64,000 bases of DNA from positions 2 through 64,001 of the forward strand of contig JAWKSP010000001.1 in the NCBI GenBank assembly GCA_041389025.1. The letters are read 5' to 3'. Made by a program: the position numbers and the translations under genes. Source of the DNA: Minisyncoccota bacterium. GTDB lineage: Bacteria; Patescibacteriota; Minisyncoccia; Phycocordibacterales; UBA918. Under the pieces are notes generated by a model. The model saw nothing but the letters and a program-made list of their open reading frames with translations, ran no database searches and was not told the origin of the DNA. Numbering within the stretch: the first letter of the stretch is position 1; the number at the start of each line of letters is the position of its first letter. This document shows positions 32,676 through 42,653 of this stretch, piece by piece.

Positions 32676-33463
32676 AGTTTACCACCTTCTAGATCCAAAA
32701 TGCTAGACCCGAATTCTTGCTTTAGTTGTCTAACCGATTGCGGAGCATAACCACGAAACTTCAATCCTTTTAAAATCCTAGCTCTATTTGGCAAATGATC
32801 GGCTGTGTATATTATTGGCCTAGTCAATGAATACAATTTTTCTGCTCCTCCTAAACTAACCAAATATGCTCCGGCAAAATATACTGGTCTAAAAAATCTA
32901 ACTGGCCCTGGTGAAAGTTTTTTATATTTATTTCTCATTCCCTCAAATAAACTTAGCGGTATAATGTAAAAAGCCTTAAATATTGCATATAAAGAAAAAG
33001 CTATAGATTTAATCGGTTTATCCTGCCAGAGTTTTTTAACATTTTCAAAAACTCCCTTAACCCATTGTTTTATAAAAGGTATACCTACCACCACATAATC
33101 AAACAACAAATACTCCCAATCCTGATTTTTATTTTTTCCTATCTCTTTTTCTATAATAGTCTTAAAGTTAGACGGAAAGGCGATGTCGTCTTCCAAAACT
33201 AAAGCATAGGATATCCTTTCTTTTACTATGGTTTCAATCACCCGAGCATGTGATAAAGCACAACCTACTTCACCAGGTATTAATGCATGACCACCTTTTT
33301 TTATCGCTTGCTCTTCGTCATATTCATCTTTGGAAGGAGTATACTCTCTACCCGACACCCCTGCTTGTCTACGATAATCAATACTAAGTTTTGTAAGTTC
33401 ATGACGCATGTGATCCATTCGATCTTTGTCTTTATCAAGATTTATAACAAATGTAGTAAACAT
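32672..33463 (-). CDS. Glycosyltransferase family 25
   Basis: FVINLDKDKDR, GEVGCALSH, VLEDD. Confidence 0.9.
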   Translation of the reverse strand: MFTTFVINLDKDKDRMDHMRHELTKLSIDYRRQAGVSGREYTPSKDEYDEEQAIKKGGHALIPGEVGCALSHARVIETIVKERISYALVLEDDIAFPSNFKTIIEKEIGKNKNQDWEYLLFDYVVVGIPFIKQWVKGVFENVKKLWQDKPIKSIAFSLYAIFKAFYIIPLSLFEGMRNKYKKLSPGPVRFFRPVYFAGAYLVSLGGAEKLYSLTRPIIYTADHLPNRARILKGLKFRGYAPQSVRQLKQEFGSSILDLEGGKL

Positions 33464-33468
33464 AAAAA

Positions 33469-34146
33469 TTAATAACTATTTCCTTTAATTTTCTTTAAAA
33501 ATTTCATTAACCCTAACCGTCTCAATGCCTTCCTTACATAAGCCAATGGTACCCATGATTCAGCCCAGTGATTCCTAGCATAGGCTACCGCCAACTTTTC
33601 ATCAGTACAATTCTCACCGTCATTACAAGGATTGAAATAACGATAATCATAAACCTCAACCCCTTCATAATTTCCCTTACTCAAAACATCAGTCACCGTC
33701 CTTGGGGAAGTACGTTTCATAGAATATTCACGGTCATTGTCATACACTGCTAAAATAGCTCTTATCGCTGAATGGTATGGTATCGAACCTATAACACCAG
33801 CAGCTGTTACATCATCCTTAGTCTGGCCAAAAAATGCCTCGTGTTTAAGCAACGGGTCAAACGATTGTAAAACCTCCGTATCGGTATCTAAATAAATACC
33901 TCCCTCCTTTTCCAACACCCAAAATCTTATATAGTCTGCCACAAATGCCCATTTCTTTCTCTCATACATCACCTTTACATAATGATGACTCATAGGACTA
34001 TTACTCTCATTCCAAAGCTTTATCTCATAATCAGGTAAGTATCTTTTCCAGCTCTCAATACAACGCTCAGCTAGCGGAGTTAGTGGCTGTTTACCAACCC
34101 AAATGTAATGAATCGTTTTAGGAATTTTATTTTCTTTATCTAACAT
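33469..34146 (-). CDS. Glycosyltransferase family 32 (DXD, CpsM/OCH1-like)
   Basis: IPKTIHYIW, AFVADYIR, GGIYLDTD. Confidence 0.9.
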   Translation of the reverse strand: MLDKENKIPKTIHYIWVGKQPLTPLAERCIESWKRYLPDYEIKLWNESNSPMSHHYVKVMYERKKWAFVADYIRFWVLEKEGGIYLDTDTEVLQSFDPLLKHEAFFGQTKDDVTAAGVIGSIPYHSAIRAILAVYDNDREYSMKRTSPRTVTDVLSKGNYEGVEVYDYRYFNPCNDGENCTDEKLAVAYARNHWAESWVPLAYVRKALRRLGLMKFLKKIKGNSY

Positions 34147-34220
34147 AAATAACCCATACCCTGTCACCCAATCACTTTATCAAAAGCAAGCTATATAATA
34201 AAGTAGTATGCCAATAGATG

Positions 34221-35054
34221 CTAACCCCACTCCTCCGCAAAATCCCTATGTAAAAGATTTGATATGACTTTGATATCTTGTTTATAATATTCTTTTAACT
34301 CCACTTCCAGTTCTTTTGAAATTATTAAACGATTGGCTTTATCTATATCTGAAAGTGTAATTTTCTTAGGTTTTAATTTATCGTTTAAAAAATTTAATAG
34401 AGTCTTGATTTTTTCTTTTATGTAAGAAGTCATTCTTTTAATTAATCCTTTATGGCCTGAATCAGCCTCATCATCAATCATTAAATGTTTCAAGTCGGCT
34501 GGGACAAAACCCGAATCAACTCCTATATGCTCATAAACAGATTTTAATTCTTCTAAGGGTCTATCATTTAAGTCAGAAAGTATAATTACTTTTAAGTTTA
34601 TACTTGAATAAAAACTAAAAAAACTCACCAATTGTTGTCCATACAAAAAATTTTTAAGTAAATTTTTATTAACTGAAATAAACTGCTCAAAGGTATAATT
34701 ATCTCTTTTTTTCCTATCTTTACTTCTTATATATTCCAATTTTAAAGCCAAAATAGGGTTATCAATCACAGCGATCAGATTGGCATCGGGATAAGTTTTA
34801 GCAATCAATTCAGCCGAATCATAATTTTGTAAATAATGGTTAGATAGTTCTCCTTGTTTTTTATCTTCATCTTTTTGAAAAAAACCTTCATACCAATCGA
34901 CTCCTTTTGTATACTTTTCATGGTTACAGAAAAAATCAATAGCTTCTTCCGGTACAGATACTTCTGGATGAACCCTAATATAATTATAAATTTTTTCGGA
35001 AAAACTACCAGTCCCGATACCAATAAACGAAAGTAATTCTCTTTTCTTAATCAT
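34221..35054 (-). CDS. Sulfotransferase-like protein (degenerate PAPS motif)
   Basis: HPEV..EAIDFF, GVDWYEGFF, YGQQL..F, YEHIGVD, YYKQDI..L patterns. Confidence 0.65.
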   Translation of the reverse strand: MIKKRELLSFIGIGTGSFSEKIYNYIRVHPEVSVPEEAIDFFCNHEKYTKGVDWYEGFFQKDEDKKQGELSNHYLQNYDSAELIAKTYPDANLIAVIDNPILALKLEYIRSKDRKKRDNYTFEQFISVNKNLLKNFLYGQQLVSFFSFYSSINLKVIILSDLNDRPLEELKSVYEHIGVDSGFVPADLKHLMIDDEADSGHKGLIKRMTSYIKEKIKTLLNFLNDKLKPKKITLSDIDKANRLIISKELEVELKEYYKQDIKVISNLLHRDFAEEWG

Positions 35055-35092
35055 AAACAAATTATTTCTATACTGTATACATTAGTTGAAAA

Positions 35093-36406
35093 TTAATTAT
35101 CTATAATCAAGGCTTTCTCAACTGAATTACGGTAGGCAGTTTTATACTTTTCCGGATCATCATGAAAATGTTTGCGAATCATATTTTGGGCTGACTCTAC
35201 CAAACGACGTCGTAAAGATACGTCATTCATAATCATATTTAACTTAAGACTAAATTCATCTGTATTATCCGGCTCACACAGTAAAGCTGATTCACCATCA
35301 ACAAAAATATCTTCTCTAGCTGGTGTTCTTGATATTACCATTGGTATACCGGCCGCTGCCCCTTTAAGTGCCAACTCATCACCGACAGCGTTAGTATCAG
35401 TAATCACAAGTACACTAGCTGACTTAAGATAAGGTATTGTGTCTTTTACTTTAGGTTCAAAAACTACTTGTTTTTTAATCTCCAAAATTTCTGCCCTCTT
35501 CTCAAACTCTCTTCTGGCCGGACCATCACCCAAAACGACGAGACCAATATGTGGATTTCTGAGCCCAAACCGTCCAGCGTCAATCGCTCTAAAGAGAGTA
35601 CTATCATGACCTAGTCGTCCGATATATAACATAATAAAAACAAAAGGTCGATACTTATCCTTTAAATCGATAGTTGGTTTTACTGATATCAGAGGTTCAT
35701 AGTTGTTAAATTTAGGTAAAATAGCCAAATCTTTTATTTTAAAATTTTTGTTAACACAATCATAAATACCATCGGTTATTACTCTAACACTATCTACTCT
35801 AGATAAAGTATATTTAGCTAAAAGCCGACGCCAACGATTATGTTTTTCTTTTTTTAAAAAAACTGGTTTGGTATAGTCTTCAAGTACATGTACTTGAACT
35901 GAACATTTGAATTTTTTACCAATACGAATAGCTAAAAAAGCGCTTTCAAACGGATCGCGTGCTACCACTAAATCCGGCCTGAAACCTTCGGCAAAAATTA
36001 GTTGTTCCTTTACTAATTTCATCCCAGCGTTTGGTGTAGACCACCAGTCGTCGCTACTAGCTGTATACAACCACACATTATCAGCCACCCGCAAAACTGG
36101 TGTCTTTGACTTAATTCCTTCTCTTAGAATCAAGATATGCACCTCATCAAATAAATCAGATAAATTAGTATAACCATCAAGCGATTGTTTTGAGGGATTA
36201 AGTAATGATTCGTCTCTAGAAATAAATAAAACTCTTGTTTCCTCTCGGTCAGATTTAGCTTGAAATAAAGCCTCTTCATTTACCGCTTCTTCAACCGAAA
36301 CGTACTTAGTATCATCTTTATTCTTCTCTTCTTTCTTTAAAATATAATCAAGATTATATCGCTCAGATTCAGAAGCATCTATTTGTGACAGATCTTTTCT
36401 TGCCAT
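35093..36406 (-). CDS. GT-B (family 4-like) glycosyltransferase
   Basis: LYIGRL, LGDGP, AAAGIPMV, DGESALL. Confidence 0.75.
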   Translation of the reverse strand: MARKDLSQIDASESERYNLDYILKKEEKNKDDTKYVSVEEAVNEEALFQAKSDREETRVLFISRDESLLNPSKQSLDGYTNLSDLFDEVHILILREGIKSKTPVLRVADNVWLYTASSDDWWSTPNAGMKLVKEQLIFAEGFRPDLVVARDPFESAFLAIRIGKKFKCSVQVHVLEDYTKPVFLKKEKHNRWRRLLAKYTLSRVDSVRVITDGIYDCVNKNFKIKDLAILPKFNNYEPLISVKPTIDLKDKYRPFVFIMLYIGRLGHDSTLFRAIDAGRFGLRNPHIGLVVLGDGPARREFEKRAEILEIKKQVVFEPKVKDTIPYLKSASVLVITDTNAVGDELALKGAAAGIPMVISRTPAREDIFVDGESALLCEPDNTDEFSLKLNMIMNDVSLRRRLVESAQNMIRKHFHDDPEKYKTAYRNSVEKALIIDN

Positions 36407-36476
36407 GACAGATATAAGTATACTAGTTTAAAAAGAAGAATAAACGGTTTTTATCAAGAGTTTTACTGGATAATAT

Positions 36477-37490
36477 TTAGATTTGTTCCAGTATAACATT
36501 AGCTAATTTAGCTGGATCATGTCGCACCAAGCTTCGTTTCAGCATATCACCTTCAGATTTTTTAATTGTAGCTCTTGAAACTAGAGGTTGAGCACTGATT
36601 TCGTATAATTCATTTTTAGTACAATTATTTAATACCGGAAAATTACCTTCCTTCTTATATTCTAAAACTTCTTCTTCACTGAAATTTGTAGAATTTACTA
36701 TTACTATATCTGGAGTATGTTTTGCATACTTAATTATTTCCTCTACATGTTCTTTAGCGTTTAAACCTACTGTCTGTCCTTTCTTAGACATCAGATTACA
36801 CACATAAATTAGTTTGGCTTGACTTTTGTCTAGAGCTTCACAAAAACCATCCACTATAAAATTAGCGATTACACTGGTATACAAATCTCCTGGACCAAGC
36901 ACTATCAAATCAGCTTCACATAAGGCCTCTCTGGCACCTTCATATAATTTAGCTTTTGGTTTTAAAATCAGGTCAATGATGCGTAAGTTATTATATTTTT
37001 CAATTACTTCATCTATTTCATGTTCTCCCACCAATATTTCACCATTCTCATATCTTGCTTCTAAATGTGTTTGATCAGTAGTAACCGGCACAACCTTACC
37101 AGCCACCCTAAGTAAATTAGAGGTAGCCTCAATCGCCAAAACCTCACTACCTAAAATATCAGTAAGAGCCGTCATTAATAAATTTCCAAAATTATGCCCA
37201 CTAAGTCCTTCGCCTTTATTGAATCGATAAGAAAATAATTCTCTTAACAACTTATCATACTCATCACCCTCAGCTGCTAAAGCAGTAAGGGCATTACGAA
37301 CATCACCAATCGGTAAAAAACCAAATTCATCTCTAAGCCTACCAGTCGATCCACCAGAGTCGGCCATACTAACAATTGCGGTTATATCTAAAATATCCGC
37401 ATACGGCCTCAAACCTCGTAAAACTGTGTGAGTACCGGTCCCACCCCCAACCACAACCACCTTTTTCTTTACAGTCACTATTTTTTTCAT
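36477..37490 (-). CDS. yvcK: YvcK/GlmR (UPF0052) family protein
   Basis: GGGTG, ADSGGSTGRLR, GHNFGNL, GPGDLYTS, RHD. Confidence 0.92.
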   Translation of the reverse strand: MKKIVTVKKKVVVVGGGTGTHTVLRGLRPYADILDITAIVSMADSGGSTGRLRDEFGFLPIGDVRNALTALAAEGDEYDKLLRELFSYRFNKGEGLSGHNFGNLLMTALTDILGSEVLAIEATSNLLRVAGKVVPVTTDQTHLEARYENGEILVGEHEIDEVIEKYNNLRIIDLILKPKAKLYEGAREALCEADLIVLGPGDLYTSVIANFIVDGFCEALDKSQAKLIYVCNLMSKKGQTVGLNAKEHVEEIIKYAKHTPDIVIVNSTNFSEEEVLEYKKEGNFPVLNNCTKNELYEISAQPLVSRATIKKSEGDMLKRSLVRHDPAKLANVILEQI

Positions 37491-37511
37491 ACCTTTAACC
37501 CATTTAAAAAA

Positions 37512-38963
37512 TCACTTCGGTTTTTTCCCTATAATTAAAATTAAAACTAAAAACAACATTGCAAAAAATACCCAATAAGTCCAATCGTTGGTATTGGTAT
37601 TATTTTCCTCTTTTTCATTATTGTTTAACTTCTCTTTTGAATCAAAAGTAACGTACTCTTGTGCCGTACCGGTAACGTTGTTTATTTTTGTATCATTACT
37701 CTCATTAAAATTTGTGTTAACAAAACCAAAACCATCATTAGCCACAACCGAAACTGACGATGATCTTACTGAATCTTCATAATTTGTTGTCGGTAATATG
37801 TTAGTTTCATTTTTTCTGTCAGCAGAAGAAAAATAAACTTCTGAATCAGATTCAGGTAAATCATAAAAGGTCGAAGTTAGAAGATTATTTTTTCCATCAA
37901 AAAGCGCTACCAGATTGTCTGAACCACCTAATCGTTCTTTAGCAACAGTTATAGTTCCTCTATTTAAAATAAAAGTTTCAGCTGGAAAAACTATCTCCTT
38001 CACTCCTTTAATACTATATCCAGAAATATCAATCTCATAAGGTGAGTTATTATTTATTTGAATATCACCCTCAATGTTTTTGCTTAAAGAAAATTGTACC
38101 GGAAGAACCGTCACTTCTTTTCTAAAAGAAACATTACGGTCGGCATAAGAAGCGTTGACTGACACTACATAATTACCTGGATAATTATAAGTATGACTCA
38201 CCTCTTTACCTTTTGCCGTGTAAGTATCACCAAAATTCCAAGTGAATACCAAAGAATTAGCTACGGTCTTCCCTACTCCTTTAGTAGTTACTAAAAAAGA
38301 TGTGGTTTTATTTACATATAACTGATCAGGAATATCAATCAGTAACTCTAACGGTGTATCTGAAGTCATCAAGCTAACTGACTTCGTATTAGATCTATTT
38401 TTACTAGCCTTACTTGACTGATTCTTAATTTCTTCTTTTTCTTTTGACTCAAAAACTTCTTCCTCTTTTATTTTCACTCGCCCTACACCGTTAACTCTCC
38501 CTGGAGTAGCTGTGTCTGTTACCCAACCAGAGGAAGTGTATTGAGCTGTTTCTTTAGTATCATTATCGCCTCCAATATTCTCCCAATTTTCACCACCTAC
38601 CACCTGATCAATGATTTGCCCATTATTATCTTTCAAAGTCAAAGTGGTTCCGGTATTTACCAAAGCTCCGGTGTAAATCAAAAAAGCTGCTCCGGACACT
38701 GTCTCATCGCTAGTTCTTTCTAAGACCGCGTAAGTTCCGGCTTTTAGTGTACCTGATAAATTGATATTTAAGTTATTATTGTCGGTCAGTACCCAACCAC
38801 TTAAATCAATTGAACCATCAGCTGAATTGTATAACTCCACCCATTCATGGTTTGGAGAAAGTTCGTTCCCCATCCAAGCAACTTCATTTATTATGACAGA
38901 AGCCATAACCGGCATCGGCAAACCAAAGATTAATATCACTAAAAGTATACATCGGTATAACAT
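37512..38963 (-). CDS. Surface protein with lamin-tail and PKD domains and C-terminal TM anchor
   Basis: VIINEVAW..EWVELYN..IDLSGW; WNFGD..HTYNYPGNY. Confidence 0.85.
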   Translation of the reverse strand: MLYRCILLVILIFGLPMPVMASVIINEVAWMGNELSPNHEWVELYNSADGSIDLSGWVLTDNNNLNINLSGTLKAGTYAVLERTSDETVSGAAFLIYTGALVNTGTTLTLKDNNGQIIDQVVGGENWENIGGDNDTKETAQYTSSGWVTDTATPGRVNGVGRVKIKEEEVFESKEKEEIKNQSSKASKNRSNTKSVSLMTSDTPLELLIDIPDQLYVNKTTSFLVTTKGVGKTVANSLVFTWNFGDTYTAKGKEVSHTYNYPGNYVVSVNASYADRNVSFRKEVTVLPVQFSLSKNIEGDIQINNNSPYEIDISGYSIKGVKEIVFPAETFILNRGTITVAKERLGGSDNLVALFDGKNNLLTSTFYDLPESDSEVYFSSADRKNETNILPTTNYEDSVRSSSVSVVANDGFGFVNTNFNESNDTKINNVTGTAQEYVTFDSKEKLNNNEKEENNTNTNDWTYWVFFAMLFLVLILIIGKKPK

Positions 38964-38966
38964 AAA

Positions 38967-41126
38967 TCAAGCAGCAAACGGCGATCGCTCATTCCCCCGT
39001 GATTGACGCAACTTTTTTTTAATTTTATCAGCTGATAAAGGATCATCATATTCCCAATCATTACGATTAGCGACTGATCTTGGAATAAATTGATTTACCC
39101 TTTTGTGACTTATATTTGTGTCATAAGTTTGTACTAGGTTTTCTTTACTGTCTGTCATTGAGGTAGTTACAGGATTTTTTGTATCAATACCACTAAAAGC
39201 AGTTTCTACTTCTGCTGATAATTTTTCCAGTTCTAATTTTTCTTGATTTTTTTTGTGAGTATTGAAAGAAAGATTTCTTTTCTCTTTAATTTCCGAATGA
39301 ACATCTATATTTTTAACATCCTTATTATTTACCAATAAAGAAGACAGGGCTCTTTTTAAGTCATCTGATTTTTTCTCTCTGTCATTATTTTGACTTGGTT
39401 CATTTTTTTCTTTTTCCCTAGGTTTTGGTTTGTCATCTCCCCTTTCACTTTTACCCTTATCATTTCCTCCACTTATACCTTTAAGCACCTCACGTAAATC
39501 AGCTACTGACTTTTTTGGATAAATATTCTCATTTCTATTTTGTTTATCATTAAACTTTTGTTTTTGTTCACCTTGATACTTATCTCTATTTATAAACACC
39601 TCATCCATCGCATTTGTCTTTTCATTTTTTAAAGAAAAGTTATTACCTCCATTACGTTTTAATGCACTCTCATTGAAATTTCCTTCTTTATTTTTCTCTA
39701 CCAACCTTTTTCCTTGATCGTAAAAGTTATTTTGCTCTGTTTCGGGTCTAGATTTTCTTTTAAAGTCAGGATTTTTATTAATATTGTTACCATGATTATT
39801 ATTCAAGGCTTTCTTTTTTGATGCCTCAACTTTTACCGGAGTATGAAGATCAGCCACTATCTTCTCCACCTCATCTCGATTTTTTGTATAATTTTTCCGA
39901 CTAGCAGTAACAGCTATCTCTTTATAAGAAATTTGTGGACGTTGAATTGGCGGTAAGGTTATTGCCGAAAAAGGCTGAGAGCCAATCCCGTCAATCATCA
40001 AAGTTAAATAAATCTGAGCAAAACCAAGATTGACCAAATCAGTAGCAGTAAAACGTGGAGCAAACACTGTCTCTAAGACCTCAGCATCAAAAGGCCCGAC
40101 CCGAAAAGCAATGGTGGTACCGACGTTTCCAAATACCGCATTGCGAACATCTTCTTCCATTTGTTCGATATACTGATGAGCGATAATTAAATTTAAGTGG
40201 TACTTACGAGCTTCTGACAAAATATTAGCAAAAGTAGCGTTAGCGAATGACTGAAATTCATCAACATAAAAATAGAAATTTGGCATAGTTCGCATTTTTT
40301 CTACCGGTAAATCAGCCCGACTCATTGCTCCTAAATAAATACGGGTAGTAAGCATCGACCCGAGCAAATTGGCATTAGTCTCACCAACTAGACCTTTAGA
40401 CAGATTCATAATCAAAATCTTTTTCTCATCCATTATTTGTCTAATGTCAAAACTAGAATGGGGTTGACCGATAATATTTCTAATCAAAGGATTACCGGTA
40501 AACTGTCCAATCTTATTTTGAATAGCCGGTAATGCTTCAGCCATAAAACGGTCTGTATAACCTGCAAACTCTTCGGTCCAGAAAGCTTTCACTGCCGGAT
40601 CTTTGATATAGTCAACTACTTTTGCTCGATAAGCCTTATCAGAAAAAAGCCTATTTACTGAAAGTAAAGTTGTATCCGGATATTCAATCAAAGCCAACAA
40701 AGCATTGGTCAAAATATATTCCATTCTGGCACTCCAAGCATCTACCCAAATCTTTTTAAAAGTAGACATCAAACCAGACACTACTAAATGCCTCTTATCT
40801 GGACCAACATCTTCCATTACATTAAAAGAAATTGGATTATTTAAATCAAAAGGAGCAAAATAAATAACATCATTTATCCTATGCTCAGGTACATATTCAA
40901 GCAAAGTTTCAGCGGCTGATCCGTGTGGATCAATAAAAGCCATTCCTTCACCATTTTGAATATCCTGAGCCGCCATATTCTCAAGTAAAGTGGACTTACC
41001 CATACCAGTTTTACCAACCACATACATATGTCGTTGCCTATCTTTAGCTTTAATACCAAAAGGTACCTGTTGCCCACGAGCATCAGTTTTGGCGAAAAAA
41101 GTAATTTTTTCCGGATCAAAGCTCAT
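38967..41126 (-). CDS. Type IV coupling-protein/HerA-like ATPase with low-complexity C-terminus
   Basis: HMYVVGKTGMGKS, IDPHG, YVDEFQ, LSEARKY, AHQY. Confidence 0.85.
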   Translation of the reverse strand: MSFDPEKITFFAKTDARGQQVPFGIKAKDRQRHMYVVGKTGMGKSTLLENMAAQDIQNGEGMAFIDPHGSAAETLLEYVPEHRINDVIYFAPFDLNNPISFNVMEDVGPDKRHLVVSGLMSTFKKIWVDAWSARMEYILTNALLALIEYPDTTLLSVNRLFSDKAYRAKVVDYIKDPAVKAFWTEEFAGYTDRFMAEALPAIQNKIGQFTGNPLIRNIIGQPHSSFDIRQIMDEKKILIMNLSKGLVGETNANLLGSMLTTRIYLGAMSRADLPVEKMRTMPNFYFYVDEFQSFANATFANILSEARKYHLNLIIAHQYIEQMEEDVRNAVFGNVGTTIAFRVGPFDAEVLETVFAPRFTATDLVNLGFAQIYLTLMIDGIGSQPFSAITLPPIQRPQISYKEIAVTASRKNYTKNRDEVEKIVADLHTPVKVEASKKKALNNNHGNNINKNPDFKRKSRPETEQNNFYDQGKRLVEKNKEGNFNESALKRNGGNNFSLKNEKTNAMDEVFINRDKYQGEQKQKFNDKQNRNENIYPKKSVADLREVLKGISGGNDKGKSERGDDKPKPREKEKNEPSQNNDREKKSDDLKRALSSLLVNNKDVKNIDVHSEIKEKRNLSFNTHKKNQEKLELEKLSAEVETAFSGIDTKNPVTTSMTDSKENLVQTYDTNISHKRVNQFIPRSVANRNDWEYDDPLSADKIKKKLRQSRGNERSPFAA

Positions 41127-41145
41127 ACTAAAACAGTATAACAGA

Positions 41146-42627
41146 CTAATTACTAAAACTTTCCTCAGCGTGCCTTAAAAGACGTTTAACATCATCATTA
41201 CGTCCTTCAGAACCAAGAATAATTATTGCTACCACCCTTTTTGTTCCCTTGACAGTTAAGTGATGTAGACTGATTGATGTCTGCCCAGCTGCCCTAGTCT
41301 CTCCTACCTTACCGCCAATAAAATTATCATTACCGGATATTTCATTAAAATTCTCCAACTTACCGAATTCATCTTTAACATAAGCGGTAGACAAGTCTTG
41401 ATTAGCAGTAATCTCAAATATAAATTTTTTATTAGTGTAAATATAGCGAGTCAAACGAAGTAAATCACTTAGGGTAGAGGTATTTTCAGCCCCCAAACCG
41501 GAAGGATCGATAAAGTGTGTATTATTCATTCCAATTTCAACGGCTTTTCGGTTCATTAAATCAATAAATTTATCCCGTCCAAATTCTGAAGCTATCACTT
41601 CCGCTGCTTCATTTGATGACTCAACCAATAGAAGTTGTAACAGACTGTACATAGATACCTGTTTTCGTTCCTGCAGTCGCGGGATTAAAGACTGTACAAA
41701 AGTCGGTTTGGTTACACTAACATTTTTATCTAAATTTATGTTTTCTGTCATTACCACCGCCGTCATGAGCTTTGTTAATGAAGCGATGGAAGCCACTATA
41801 TCCAAATCACTAGCCGCCAAAACCGTACTACTTTCTATATCGGCAATTAAATAATGCGGGGTTTTCATATCAGGAATTTTTGGTTCATAAAGAAAATCAC
41901 TGGTATTCATATTTTCTTCATGCACTAAAACTGGTGTGTTTATTCTAACTAGATCAAAAAGCTCCTCAGCGGCTTGATCTTTCAGACGAATACAATCACC
42001 AGTAAAGTCATTAGTTACCATCTCATCATTGGCATAAGTTGGTTGGCCATGAATAAAAAAATTACTTTGAAAAGAAAAACTCCAAGGCTGATAAACTTGT
42101 CCCAAACCAGAAAAATGATTTTTTTTCTTACTCTCTACCTTATAAATACCGGACGGTGTCTGACACCAAGAACCGTTTTTGCCCTTAGACAAAATATCTG
42201 ACATTTGCTTCAACACACCCTCCTCAAAATACCTGAGCTTCATTTCTATTAAATCCACATCAACAAAAGTTAGTTGATTATCAATAAAAGCTTCTCTGGT
42301 TTCTTGATAAAAATTTGGTTCTGATAAAGCTATTTGCACTCCATAATTTAATGGCTCCACCGCTGAAGTGAAAGGGTTAACAATTGACATCTGTGTCACT
42401 GAAGCAGTATTAAAAGAAGCCACTGCCCCTACACTAAATACTCCAAGACCAAATAATATAAACACCAACAGTGCCGGAAAAGTCAAAAGTGGGGTGAAAT
42501 GACTAGAAATAAAACTTTTTTTCTTAGCTTGTTTTAAAGGTGGAATCAGCAAACCTCGGGCCGTATTAGGGTGATCATCCTCATGTCTAACAGCATAAAA
42601 TTTTCTTTTACCTGAATCATCAATCAT
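41146..42627 (-). CDS. L,D-transpeptidase (YkuD) + D-Ala-D-Ala carboxypeptidase (S11) fusion
   Basis: TPSG..FIHG..GDCIRL, then ASLTK, SSN, GKVG. Confidence 0.85.
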   Translation of the reverse strand: MIDDSGKRKFYAVRHEDDHPNTARGLLIPPLKQAKKKSFISSHFTPLLTFPALLVFILFGLGVFSVGAVASFNTASVTQMSIVNPFTSAVEPLNYGVQIALSEPNFYQETREAFIDNQLTFVDVDLIEMKLRYFEEGVLKQMSDILSKGKNGSWCQTPSGIYKVESKKKNHFSGLGQVYQPWSFSFQSNFFIHGQPTYANDEMVTNDFTGDCIRLKDQAAEELFDLVRINTPVLVHEENMNTSDFLYEPKIPDMKTPHYLIADIESSTVLAASDLDIVASIASLTKLMTAVVMTENINLDKNVSVTKPTFVQSLIPRLQERKQVSMYSLLQLLLVESSNEAAEVIASEFGRDKFIDLMNRKAVEIGMNNTHFIDPSGLGAENTSTLSDLLRLTRYIYTNKKFIFEITANQDLSTAYVKDEFGKLENFNEISGNDNFIGGKVGETRAAGQTSISLHHLTVKGTKRVVAIIILGSEGRNDDVKRLLRHAEESFSN

Positions 42628-42653
42628 GACAAATATAATAACGTAATTTAATC

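Noticed and set aside
38967-41126. Conjugative element around the coupling-protein-like ATPase
   Set aside because: No relaxase, oriT or VirB cluster nearby; context is chromosomal.
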